Virus record (IMG/VR): IMGVR_UViG_3300045988_054897
From: a virus
Strand: one strand, 5' to 3'
DNA length: 39,591 nucleotides
Each line of letters starts with the position of its first letter. The first letter of the stretch is position 1. Below the pieces are notes generated by a model that worked only from the letters and a program-made list of their open reading frames with translations, made no database searches and was not told the DNA's origin. The translations under genes were made by a program, and so were the position numbers. Positions 16,411-24,911 of this stretch are shown in pieces.

Positions 16411-16456
16411 ACATTTTCAACAATCCAATCTGCAATTTATTGTTGAATATTCCATC

Positions 16457-16485
16457 TTGAAATATAAGTAAACTTATATTATCAT
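16457..16485 (+). promoter_or_regulatory. Promoter of the 82-aa gene with palindrome O2 in its spacer
   Basis: TTGAAA (16457-16462), 17 nt, TATCAT (16480-16485); ATAAGTaaACTTAT at 16464-16477. Confidence 0.55.
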
Positions 16486-16535
16486 ATACTCACAAGGAAC
16501 AAATGTGACAGGCGAAAGCCGGAAAGGAAATTGAA

Positions 16536-16784
16536 ATGAAGAACGTGAAAGTTGAATGGTGCGAGAACTTCATCAAGGCGCGGTTCACAAAGCATCATCC
16601 TTTCTCCGGCCCCAACGCCGGAATTGAAGTCAACTGTTTCTGGAAAATGGCAGAAGCTTCCGGGCTGTGGGAGCGCGGCACTTACGGGACACCCATGAGC
16701 AAGGCCGTTGCCAATCTCACCGAGATCGAAACTATCCACGACGATGACGGGAACCGCCTGTACAACATTTTCAAATTGAAGTAA
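16536..16784 (+). CDS. Hypothetical 82-aa protein, plus strand inside the minus-strand head module
   Basis: ORF track; own promoter and terminator; no recognisable domain. Confidence 0.6.
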   Translation: MKNVKVEWCENFIKARFTKHHPFSGPNAGIEVNCFWKMAEASGLWERGTYGTPMSKAVANLTEIETIHDDDGNRLYNIFKLK

Positions 16785-16838
16785 CGGATGCCCGCCCCGG
16801 AGGTCACGAGGGCAGAACAGAATAAATCTTCCGATGTG

Positions 16839-16867
16839 CCGCCCCGGTTAAGGGGCGGTTTTCCTTT
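16839..16867 (+). terminator. Intrinsic terminator
   Basis: CCGCCCC-GGTTAA-GGGGCGG then TTTTCCTTT. Confidence 0.65.
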
Positions 16868-16994
16868 ACGCTGAAGTGTATTTAATTGTTTTCTTGACTT
16901 CTAAGACGATGTACCCGTCGCCTTTTCGGCGTATTTCAGCATCGTTGCCGCGCTTGATAATGGCTTCAATGGCCTTGATGGTCTCCTTATCCAT
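16866..16994 (-). CDS. Small hypothetical protein (42 aa)
   Basis: ATG 16994 overlaps the upstream stop (ATGGATAA); MDKETIKAIEAIIKRGNDAEIRRKGDGYIVLEVKKTIKYTSA*. Confidence 0.45.
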   Translation of the reverse strand: MDKETIKAIEAIIKRGNDAEIRRKGDGYIVLEVKKTIKYTSA

Positions 16995-17505
16995 TTTTCA
17001 GCTCGCTTTCCAGAATGTCCCGATACTGCCCCGCATGGTCGGCGGCAGCGGGCTTCAGAAACGGCTGTGCCTTGTTGCCGCGCGTGTAATGCCAGTTGCC
17101 CTTTGCATCTTGGTACACCCACGGTGTAGGCCGCCCGCCGCCGCCTTCGGCATAAATGCCCGTACCAAGCTCAACGTAAGGCGCATACTCAACATTTGTC
17201 CCAATATATACCGCAGGTTCATCTTCGTCCACAACATGAGTAATGCTATTCCTAAGATTGCCCGTATCTGGTATTTGCAGCTTTTTCGCATATCCCTCTG
17301 CCACCAGCCCGCACTTTTCAAGCCCGCGCAGAAGCGCCGCATGGATGGCGCCAGAAACCTCTTTGCTGTTGTCGGTGATTTCAACGTTCATCACAAAATC
17401 CCTCTTGACTTTTTTTCGGGAATTGAATATACTGACAGTGAGGAAACTCATGTTTCCGTTTTTCGAGCCGAACCTCTTCCCGTTACTGGAGGGGGGGCGG
17501 CTCAT
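16987..17505 (-). CDS. HK97 gp10-family head-tail/tail component
   Basis: IPDTGNLRNSITH...VEYAPYVELGTG matches the gp10-family pattern. ATG 17505 overlaps the MuF stop (ATGA); alternative start ATG 17391 (MNVEITDN). Confidence 0.7.
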   Translation of the reverse strand: MSRPPSSNGKRFGSKNGNMSFLTVSIFNSRKKVKRDFVMNVEITDNSKEVSGAIHAALLRGLEKCGLVAEGYAKKLQIPDTGNLRNSITHVVDEDEPAVYIGTNVEYAPYVELGTGIYAEGGGGRPTPWVYQDAKGNWHYTRGNKAQPFLKPAAADHAGQYRDILESELKNG

Positions 17506-18947
17506 TTTTTATACCTTCGTGCAAATAGGAGAGAACCGTTCTCTTCCAATGCAATCACATCAAACCCGAACCCAGTGCTAACCACGCTTCGAACTGCTCT
17601 ATCATCTACAACGCGTATAAGCTCATCGGTATCGATGGATCCTGTGCACTGTAACACAACCCCTCCAGGAGTTTTTGCAATTTGCTTTGTGGCTTTTCGA
17701 ATCGCCATATCTGCCGCTTTCGCTGTTGATATACTTTTCAATTCCCACTGTTTACCGCGCCACAGGTAGTCCGGTGTTTTTATCCCCTGCGCATTCGCTT
17801 CTTTCAACAGCACGATCTTTCCGCCAAACTGATTGCGCAGTTGATTCGCAGCTTCAATTTCAGTTTCATGGCCTTTTGCACGATAGCCGTTTTCGTATCG
17901 TACCTTACCCATGCGCGGCTTGGCGGAATCTATGTATTTCTTCGTAACATCCTTTGCAGATTTTTCGTTCCCCATGTGATATGGGGATAACTGTCTGCCG
18001 CTGTATCCCTGCTTCGATGCTTCCCACTGCGCATATGTCATGTCAGATATAAGCCCGTCATCCACCGCCACAATCAGCGTACAACGGCAGTTATATATCT
18101 CCCACGGTGGCCCTTGTGGGTCGCCGGGAAAGCGGCAGCCGTTGGAAAATTTCTTGTCCTGCGCCACTTGTTCGCCGTCAAGCATGGCATGAGAGTGGCG
18201 TGTACGCGCATCCAGCGTGGCCAACCAACATTTTTTGAGCTTTATCCCCATCTTCTCCGCCGCCGCGTAGCTTTCCATGCGTCCGGCGTTCTGCGCGCCG
18301 GTCACGGCGGTTCTGGCGGTGCGGATGGCGGAATTGCGGCTCATGGTGGTAATCCGCTTTTGCAGGTCGTCCGCCATATGCTTGATGCTCTTTCCCTGCA
18401 AGATAGAACTTGTCACGCTTGCCGTGATCTGCTTCTTACCATACGCGAGGTCGATACCGCGCTTTAAGGCGCGTTTCGGTGGGTAATATGGCATTAAGTC
18501 CGGCTGCTCTACCATAATCCGCTTGACCGTCTGCTCGTCCCACAGGTCAAAGCCGACGTTGCCCGCGACCTGCTCGATGGTGTACGCCGAATAGTTGCGG
18601 TTAAGGGAGTAGATACCGGGCGTTGCATCGTTTGTGTAGGCCACCGCCACAGCGTTTGCGTCGGTCACGCGGCGGGCCACCTTGTCACGCATGGCCTGAT
18701 AGCGTTCCCCGCGCCCGATCTGGTTGAGCCGCCATTGCTTATAATCGGCCTCCGTCCATTCCTTACCGTTCTGCACGGTGCCGATCAGCGCTTTCATTTC
18801 CTCGTCGCGCTTTTTAAATTGCTCAAAATATGCGTCGATGGTAGCTTGCAGTTCTTCCCCAGCTTCGCGGTATAGCTTTGCAATACGACGTTCCAGCTTT
18901 GCAAGCTCCTTGTCGGTCAGCTTGTGACCGAGGTCACTGTTCGCCAT
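17502..18947 (-). CDS. Phage Mu F / SPP1 gp7-like head morphogenesis protein fused to a C-terminal PD-(D/E)xK nuclease-like toxin domain
   Basis: MuF core ...LATLDARTRHSHAMLDGEQV...NCRCTLI. C-terminal ~150 aa has GHETEIEAANQL...IKTPDYLWRGKQWELKS (E..PD..ExK). Confidence 0.8.
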   Translation of the reverse strand: MANSDLGHKLTDKELAKLERRIAKLYREAGEELQATIDAYFEQFKKRDEEMKALIGTVQNGKEWTEADYKQWRLNQIGRGERYQAMRDKVARRVTDANAVAVAYTNDATPGIYSLNRNYSAYTIEQVAGNVGFDLWDEQTVKRIMVEQPDLMPYYPPKRALKRGIDLAYGKKQITASVTSSILQGKSIKHMADDLQKRITTMSRNSAIRTARTAVTGAQNAGRMESYAAAEKMGIKLKKCWLATLDARTRHSHAMLDGEQVAQDKKFSNGCRFPGDPQGPPWEIYNCRCTLIVAVDDGLISDMTYAQWEASKQGYSGRQLSPYHMGNEKSAKDVTKKYIDSAKPRMGKVRYENGYRAKGHETEIEAANQLRNQFGGKIVLLKEANAQGIKTPDYLWRGKQWELKSISTAKAADMAIRKATKQIAKTPGGVVLQCTGSIDTDELIRVVDDRAVRSVVSTGFGFDVIALEENGSLLFARRYKK

Positions 18948-20289
18948 CGCCGTTCACCTCCGGCGCATCCGGTTCCGCAAAGCTGCGGTCAATCTCTTCT
19001 GCCGCTTTGCGCTTCGCCATATCCTCGTACTGGTCAATGTCGCCGTTGATGGTCAGCAGCTTTTTTGTTATGTATTCGTCATCGTAATACGCCGCGCCCA
19101 GAAGAATATTCTGCGTTTCCTCGCTCTTGTTGATGATCTGATTGCGCGTGTAGCTCGGCTGGTCCTCAATGCCTGCCAGACGCAGGATTTCCACAATAAA
19201 CCGCGTGACCTCGGATTCAAACTTATCCGTTTTCAGGTCCAGCGGCACATAGCTGGCCTTGATCGCGGTCGCCGTCTGATTGCCGGCAGATACCGCCGCA
19301 GCGTCAAAGCTCTGGAAATCCTCGTACAGCTTTTTCTTGAGCATATCAATGGTGCTGCTCGTGCCCTCATACGGGGCCTCGATGGTCTTGCTCTCCACTT
19401 TTGCGCCGTCGTCGCCGTTTGCGTGGGCAACGTGGGTGGTTTTCAAGCGCTCCACAAACTTCGCATCGTCCAGATCGTCCATGCCGTTGCAGTTAGACAG
19501 CACCCAATAAATCAGGTTGCCCTCGTCCACATTGTTGACCATGTTCGAGGACGCAAGGTCGAGCGCGTCAATGGTATTGCGCTTGCCGACGATTTCGGAC
19601 AGGCACCGCTTGTTATTTTTCAGTGGCACGATGGGGAAACTCGGATAGTTCCCACCGTCATAAATTTCGGTTTCGCCGACCTCGGCTTTGCGGATAACGA
19701 GCTTGTAACTACGCTTTTCCTGCAATACGCTCATATCTTTGTTTTTCGGCTGGAAATACTCGGTGAACCCGTCCAGCTCGTACAGCGTCGCCCGAAGCGG
19801 CTTGTCCTGCGCCACCTGCCAAAACCGGATACCGGCTTTTAACGCTCCGTCTTCCTCATCATAGAGGGGAACGAACTCAAGCAGGGAGAACACACGCAAA
19901 TGCGTCAAATCCCAGAAGCCGAAGGACACACCCGCGATTTTCGCCTCACGCGCCGCGTCCATGACCTCCTGGTCGAAGTCCGGGCATAGCTTTTTTGGTG
20001 TTTCCTTCTCCGCAAAGGTCACGCCGTTCCCCAGCAGATACGAAACCTCCTGATCGACCGCCAGACCGAAGAAGCGGCTGGCCAGCTTATGGTTTGCCGT
20101 CCACATATCCGTGTGGCTGCGCCCCTGCATATCATAGATGATCTTCTCATAGCGGTTGATTGTCGGATTTAGACCGTTATAGTATTCCTCCGCATCCACC
20201 GCCGTTTTATACGCCGTGCTCTCGCGGTGCTCATTGATCGTGCTGCGGACAAACTCAATGCGCGCCTGCTCGTTTTCACCGACCGCCAC
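18934..20289 (-). CDS. Portal protein (SPP1 gp6-like)
   Basis: 451 aa between TerL and MuF; GTG start as in the track (uncertain). Confidence 0.85.
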   Translation of the reverse strand: MAVGENEQARIEFVRSTINEHRESTAYKTAVDAEEYYNGLNPTINRYEKIIYDMQGRSHTDMWTANHKLASRFFGLAVDQEVSYLLGNGVTFAEKETPKKLCPDFDQEVMDAAREAKIAGVSFGFWDLTHLRVFSLLEFVPLYDEEDGALKAGIRFWQVAQDKPLRATLYELDGFTEYFQPKNKDMSVLQEKRSYKLVIRKAEVGETEIYDGGNYPSFPIVPLKNNKRCLSEIVGKRNTIDALDLASSNMVNNVDEGNLIYWVLSNCNGMDDLDDAKFVERLKTTHVAHANGDDGAKVESKTIEAPYEGTSSTIDMLKKKLYEDFQSFDAAAVSAGNQTATAIKASYVPLDLKTDKFESEVTRFIVEILRLAGIEDQPSYTRNQIINKSEETQNILLGAAYYDDEYITKKLLTINGDIDQYEDMAKRKAAEEIDRSFAEPDAPEVNGDGEQ

Positions 20290-20324
20290 GAGGTCGTTAT
20301 ATGTTTTGATAGCCGCTCACCGTC

Positions 20325-21557
20325 CTATCTGTTCCAAAGTGGTGTATACTCGCGCCGATACGCCTTGTTCTTCAGGATCGTATAAGCAAAATACCGTGTT
20401 TCGTCCATCGCGTGGTCGTTTTCTTTGATCGGTCTGTCATCGACGGATTTTTCGTCCCACCGATACAGCCCAAACTCCCGAATGCAGTCTTTGCAGCCGC
20501 GATGCACCTTGAGAATGCCGTCCTGCAAAAACCGCGCCGTTGTCATAATGCCGTTGGTTACGTCGTTGTTTGCTTTGCGAACCATATAACCGCGCCGCCG
20601 CAAAACCTCGATAAACGATGCGGCAGACGGGTCAACGATGATGCTTTTGACGTCCGCCTTGCCGATCAGCTTTTCGATTTCGTCGGCGTATTCCTCGTCC
20701 GTCTTGTTCTTCTGGTTCTCGCGCCCGGAATAGTAATACTCGCGGATGCGCGTTGCCGTCTTGCCGTCCCAGCGCCACAGCCCTGCGGAAAACGGGTTAA
20801 GCGTGCCGTAGTCGCAGGAAACATAGTATTCGCCCTTTTCCGGAAGCTCGTCCACAATGCAGCTATCGCCAAACATGGGATAGATCAGTCCCTCGGCCAC
20901 CACCCACAAGCCGCGAATGTATCGGTCGTAGAACACGCCGCTATACATGGCCTTTGTCCTCTCGATCATCTGCGGTGTGAGAATTGGGTTATCTTCCAGC
21001 AGGAAGTGAATGTGCTGCGTATTCTCCCGTTCGTTTTCAATCCACTCTTTGTAAAACCAATGCTGCGGTGATTCGGGGTTGCAGTTAAAAAAATACTTCG
21101 GATGCTCAAATGAAATCGCACGGGAAAGCGCTTGCTCCACAAACGAACGCGGCATAAGTGCCACTTCATCGAATAAGACCCCGGCAAGCGTGATGCCTTG
21201 TATGAGCATATACGAGCTTTCATCCTTACCGCCGAATAAGTAAAACCAATTTGTTCTATCCCCACACCGAACGGTTAAAATTCTCGTGGAAACCTTGTAA
21301 TGCATGGACAGTGCAACACCCAGCCCGTCAATTTCCATCAACGGTTTTAAGATATTTCGCTCTGCCGCCTGCACCGTCTTCCCGCAAATAGCGAAATTCG
21401 TGCGGTCGTAGTTCTGCATCGCCCACAGCACAAACGCCATCGACATGACCGTCGTCTTTCCGGAACGGACGGAGCCGTCACAAATCAGCGCCATATCATC
21501 GGAGCTGATAAACTCCATTATTTTGCGCTGCTTTGCGGATAGCGTTTTAATTTGCAT
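20325..21557 (-). CDS. terL: Terminase large subunit
   Basis: Walker A DGSVRSGKTT; nuclease-half motifs; 410 aa. Confidence 0.9.
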   Translation of the reverse strand: MQIKTLSAKQRKIMEFISSDDMALICDGSVRSGKTTVMSMAFVLWAMQNYDRTNFAICGKTVQAAERNILKPLMEIDGLGVALSMHYKVSTRILTVRCGDRTNWFYLFGGKDESSYMLIQGITLAGVLFDEVALMPRSFVEQALSRAISFEHPKYFFNCNPESPQHWFYKEWIENERENTQHIHFLLEDNPILTPQMIERTKAMYSGVFYDRYIRGLWVVAEGLIYPMFGDSCIVDELPEKGEYYVSCDYGTLNPFSAGLWRWDGKTATRIREYYYSGRENQKNKTDEEYADEIEKLIGKADVKSIIVDPSAASFIEVLRRRGYMVRKANNDVTNGIMTTARFLQDGILKVHRGCKDCIREFGLYRWDEKSVDDRPIKENDHAMDETRYFAYTILKNKAYRREYTPLWNR

Positions 21558-21981
21558 TGTTCTCGCCCTTTAACGCAGTGAGCAAAGCTGCCAACGCCGC
21601 AGGATCGCCGCTTTTTTCGTTCTCGGAATTCCACCCAAAATTGCAGCCAAGCGAGAATTTCGCGCCGTTCGCACCGTCTTTGTCGTAGAGCCGAGATTCG
21701 GCGTATTCCTCGCAGCGGGACTTCGCGCGCGTAACCGTGTCCGCAAACTCTGGTCTCCCCTGATAATCAATCAGCGCCTGCCGCCCTGTGAACCCAAGCG
21801 ACAGCGCCAGCCCTGTTACCGTCGGCGGCTTTTCATCTAAAATAATCGGCCTTCCGTATTTATCTGTGGCAACATCGCCGTCAATCATAAGCGGTGTCCC
21901 TTTGCAGCTCTCAAAGTAAGCGTCAATAGCTTCCTGCATTGCCTTTACGCTTTTCCATTTTCTTGGCGCTCCGCCAGCCAT
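21547..21981 (-). CDS. terS: Terminase small subunit
   Basis: Start moved to ATG 21981 (MAGGAPRKW) after GGGAGTGAG; HTH-like PPTVTGLALSLGFTGRQALIDY; overlaps the terL start. Confidence 0.7.
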   Translation of the reverse strand: MAGGAPRKWKSVKAMQEAIDAYFESCKGTPLMIDGDVATDKYGRPIILDEKPPTVTGLALSLGFTGRQALIDYQGRPEFADTVTRAKSRCEEYAESRLYDKDGANGAKFSLGCNFGWNSENEKSGDPAALAALLTALKGENNAN

Positions 21982-22732
21982 GCGCTCACTCCCTTTCGTT
22001 TTGCTACCAGCCCCCACCCCTTGGCCTTACATAGCAGACTTTACCCGCCCCGCAGTCTCTACCATTACCCCACGCATAAGCGCAAGCCTTCGATTTTGAG
22101 GGGCATACACGCTGTCTCTTCCAGCCGTCAAGATTGGTTTGCATAACCTCCGTGCCCAAAGACACGAGCCGCTATCCGGTACGGCATTGCAGTCCTGCCC
22201 TGCTTTAGCGCTTCGGGGAAAGTCCCCGTCACTCGCTGTGGTCTTCCCTTACGGGGCACCTATGCCGTGTATGTGCAGATCCCGCTTAGATTGTCACACG
22301 CTCATGCCCGCTTGAGGCCCCGCAAGCATTTCAAGCGCTTTCATCAGTAACGGCAAGGAGGACGCATCCCCACGCGCAGTTTTCAGCAGGCATTGTCATT
22401 CTCTGTGAGGCGTTCTGCGTACTCTCACATCATCCGGGAGCGACCCGGCCTCTGGCACGGACAGTTGGGAATCGAACCCACCGCACACGGTTTTGGAGAC
22501 CGCGTCGCCACCTTGGTACATTTGCCCGTATATGTCTCCCCTGGGACACATCGGTGAGAGGTGCGGGGAGTCCGGTCATGTGGGCGACCTCGGCGCCGAG
22601 GTCTAGTCACGGTTGCCGCGAGGACGGTGCGACCGTCCAGCCCTCGGAAGGTGATGTGCATACGAGCCACGGCATATTGCCCTCAACCGCCCGCCCCGAA
22701 GGGCGGGCTATCAAGGGAGGAGGAAACAGATG
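21982..22732 (-). ncRNA. Candidate large structured RNA or structured late-operon leader (class unknown; GOLLD/ROOL-like context)
   Basis: ~750 nt with no RBS-preceded ORF, GC as high as in coding DNA, many perfect local stems, embedded tRNA-like element; strand inferred from that element. Confidence 0.4.
22453..22529 (-). tRNA. tRNA-Trp(CCA)-like element with a defective D stem (pseudo-tRNA or tRNA-like module)
   Basis: Acceptor ACGGGCA/TGTCCGT + G + CCA; anticodon arm GCGGT-CTCCAAA-ACCGT; GGTTCGATTCC T arm with one extra nt; D stem TGTA vs GCGA does not pair. Confidence 0.4.
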
Positions 22733-22772
22733 AAAAAGCAGAGGCGTGAAGAGCCTCGCCCCATCACGCCTC
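22731..22772 (-). terminator. Terminator at the end of the early operon (hairpin has T-runs on both strands)
   Basis: GAGGCGTGA...TCACGCCTC; minus strand followed by TGCTTTTTCA, plus strand by TATTTTTG. Confidence 0.55.
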
Positions 22773-22819
22773 TATTTTTGCATAGGTTTTTCTTATTTTT
22801 CCCCTTAAAAGGGGAATTT

Positions 22820-23059
22820 TCAAAATTTTTTTAGATAATCGTCCACGGTCATTGGATTATCCGTCCTTCCGAGCAGATAATCGACCGACACCCCGAACTT
22901 GTCGGCAATGCTTTCCAATGCGTCCGTTGTGGGCGTAGCCTCCCCCGCCTCGTACCGCCTCACCGCGTCACGGTGCAGACCGCACAGTTCAGAGAGGACA
23001 TATTGCTTTATTCTCTTTCTCTCCCGTAAGCGCTTCAAACGCTCGGGAAATGCGCTCAT
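22820..23059 (-). CDS. XRE-family HTH regulator (79 aa)
   Basis: Start moved to ATG 23059 (ATGA overlap); FPERLKRLRERKRIKQYVLSELCGLHRDAVRRYEAGEATPTTDALESIADKFGVSVDYLLG. Confidence 0.75.
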   Translation of the reverse strand: MSAFPERLKRLRERKRIKQYVLSELCGLHRDAVRRYEAGEATPTTDALESIADKFGVSVDYLLGRTDNPMTVDDYLKKF

Positions 23060-23259
23060 GCCAGCACCTCCTCCGGTCGGAAACTCTCTTTGATCTCCTT
23101 GCCGTCTACCATGATCGCCACGGTCACATAACGCCTCTGTGGATGGATGTACGTCACCACGCCGGTGCGGAGCGGGTATAGCTTTTCGCCGCGCGCCTTG
23201 CCCGGAAACTCCTCCGGCACCGTCATAAACTGCGCCCGTACCTTGTCGCCTACTTTCAT
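23056..23259 (-). CDS. Hypothetical protein (67 aa)
   Basis: ORF track; translationally coupled on both sides. Confidence 0.55.
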   Translation of the reverse strand: MKVGDKVRAQFMTVPEEFPGKARGEKLYPLRTGVVTYIHPQRRYVTVAIMVDGKEIKESFRPEEVLA

Positions 23260-23471
23260 TCCGCACCTCCGAACGCTTCCTCAAATGTCAGGCCGCTCTC
23301 TCTGAGGATGCCTTTGATCACGTCGATGGTATGCTGATTGTTGCCCGAAAGCCACCACCAGATGTTGCTCTTGGAAATGCCTACCGCATCGGCAAGCTGG
23401 CGGCGCGTGTACTGCCGCTCGCAGAAAACCTTTTTCAGCGCCGGATAGACGCAATAGGGAAATTCGATCAT
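23256..23471 (-). CDS. Small HTH protein (71 aa)
   Basis: Start moved to ATG 23471 (ATGA overlap); YTRRQLADAVGISKSNIWWWLSG. Confidence 0.6.
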   Translation of the reverse strand: MIEFPYCVYPALKKVFCERQYTRRQLADAVGISKSNIWWWLSGNNQHTIDVIKGILRESGLTFEEAFGGAE

Positions 23472-23656
23472 TTTCTCCCCACCCTCCGTTTGTATCGGTC
23501 TTTTGACCTCTGAATGTAATTGATCATCGCGCTTTCTTCGGCTATGCTGGCTGTTTCGTTGCTTTTTGCCTCTTTCTTTTTTTGCAGCCACGCAGCGTAT
23601 CGTTCACAGGTCGTATGACAGCCGACATGCCTCTCCTGACAGTTAAAGCAGCTCAT
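23468..23656 (-). CDS. Small Cys-rich protein (62 aa)
   Basis: Start moved to ATG 23656; MSCFNCQERHVGCHTTCERY. Confidence 0.5.
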   Translation of the reverse strand: MSCFNCQERHVGCHTTCERYAAWLQKKKEAKSNETASIAEESAMINYIQRSKDRYKRRVGRK

Positions 23657-23657
23657 G

Positions 23658-23879
23658 TCATCCCACCTCGTACTGCGGACAGGCCGTGACAATGTAGCTT
23701 GTTTCGTAATGCCTGCGAGCGCCGCCGCAAGAGTTCATCAAAACCTTTGTTCTGATTGCAAGCCAACCTTCCACCGGCTGCCACTTCAGCTTCCGCGTTT
23801 CCTTGTCGCATTCCGACCAAGGACATTTCCCGCAGGCGTTCTTGCACGACCAGCAAAGCGTCGAACTTTGTTCTGCCAT
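23658..23879 (-). CDS. Small Cys-rich (zinc-finger-like) protein
   Basis: CWSCKNACGKCPWSEC... Confidence 0.55.
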   Translation of the reverse strand: MAEQSSTLCWSCKNACGKCPWSECDKETRKLKWQPVEGWLAIRTKVLMNSCGGARRHYETSYIVTACPQYEVG

Positions 23880-24287
23880 TTACACTTCCTCCACCCAGAT
23901 GCCGAATCGCTCCAGCATCAGTTTTTTCTTGATGATATAGTCCTTTGTCTTAAAGCCCTTTGCGTCCTCTACAATCGTTTTCCCGTCACGGGTATACACG
24001 AAGTCGGCTATGTATGTAACTGCCCTCACAGCGGCTCCTGTGGACGTCCTCTGCGCTCCCACGAGCTTGTACGTCTGCTGTAGCTTCAAATCGTGTATTT
24101 CCCCCGCTTTCAGCAGCAGCCGCAGCTCATCATAGCGGTCTGCCTCGTGCTTGCTGTCAAACGTGATGCCATGCCGCACGGTTTTGCGGTTGTGGTACTT
24201 GCCCGTTTTTTGAGCAAGTACCTTTTCAACCACCTGTTTTTGTGCCGCAGGCCCGAGACGTGCAAGGTCAGATGCCGTCAGGCTCAT
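23880..24287 (-). CDS. DUF1064-family protein (putative PD-(D/E)xK resolvase-like nuclease)
   Basis: KYHNRKTVRHGITFDSKHEADRYDELRLLLKAGEI...YIADFVY...VEDAKGFKT. Confidence 0.7.
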   Translation of the reverse strand: MSLTASDLARLGPAAQKQVVEKVLAQKTGKYHNRKTVRHGITFDSKHEADRYDELRLLLKAGEIHDLKLQQTYKLVGAQRTSTGAAVRAVTYIADFVYTRDGKTIVEDAKGFKTKDYIIKKKLMLERFGIWVEEV

Positions 24288-24412
24288 TTCTCCCTCCCGT
24301 CTGTCACCATGACCACGCGCACCTTGCCGAACTGCTCAAGTGCCATTGCCACAGCCTCCTTGGTCGCCAGCTTGTCGCCGTGGTCTTCAATATCGATGAT
24401 GATACGGATCAT
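24284..24412 (-). CDS. Small hypothetical protein (42 aa)
   Basis: GGAAGGAGG RBS; ATG 24412; stop overlaps the next start (ATGA). Confidence 0.45.
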   Translation of the reverse strand: MIRIIIDIEDHGDKLATKEAVAMALEQFGKVRVVMVTDGREK

Positions 24413-24534
24413 GTGTCCTCCTTCCGCTCGATATAGCAGCTTAACTCTGGATCATCCGTATCACAACAGACACAGCACGGCTTTCCATCGCAGGAACTGG
24501 GCGGATAGTAAAGGCAGGATTCGCAGTTGTTCAT
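24409..24534 (-). CDS. Small Cys-rich protein (41 aa)
   Basis: MNNCESCLYYPPSSCDGKPCCVCCDTDD...; start overlaps the upstream stop. Confidence 0.45.
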   Translation of the reverse strand: MNNCESCLYYPPSSCDGKPCCVCCDTDDPELSCYIERKEDT

Positions 24535-24848
24535 GTGTTACCGCCTCCGTCCATCTTGGCCCCGCAGTTGGGGCAATAATCCGACAACAATTCGAACCCA
24601 TTTACAAGCACTTGCGCTGCATCGTGGCAAACAGAGCACTCGTGCCTGTCTGGTGAGGGAACAAAGTTTCCTGCTTCTTCCCACGAAATCCACCGCGCAT
24701 GCACCACCGGGGCCACGTCAGCGGCAGAAATGCGAATGACAGCCGCTTTCAGACAGTCAAGTATCCGATTTTGTGCAGGGCTTCGGCATGGGCTGCGCTG
24801 TCCCTGCACAGCTCTAAGCACTGCTTCCCGCTTAATGTATTCAGGCAT
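24531..24848 (-). CDS. Hypothetical protein with C-terminal zinc ribbon (105 aa)
   Basis: Start moved to ATG 24848 after GGAGGTG; CSVCH...CPNCG. Confidence 0.55.
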   Translation of the reverse strand: MPEYIKREAVLRAVQGQRSPCRSPAQNRILDCLKAAVIRISAADVAPVVHARWISWEEAGNFVPSPDRHECSVCHDAAQVLVNGFELLSDYCPNCGAKMDGGGNT

Positions 24849-24911
24849 TGTCCGCACCTCCGTCCATTTTCGCCCCGCAGTGGGGGCAGTAGTCTGTTTT
24901 TGCTGCAAACC

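Noticed and set aside
22453-22529. A bona fide functional tRNA-Trp gene
   Set aside because: Only 1 of 4 D-stem pairs can form, position 8 is A rather than U, and the T stem has an extra nucleotide. It is kept as a tRNA-like element at low confidence pending tRNAscan-SE.
22425-22749. 81-aa and 62-aa ORFs in the terS-upstream gap
   Set aside because: They are Arg/Pro-rich and lack an RBS. One reads straight through the tRNA-like element. The region is better explained as RNA or regulatory DNA.
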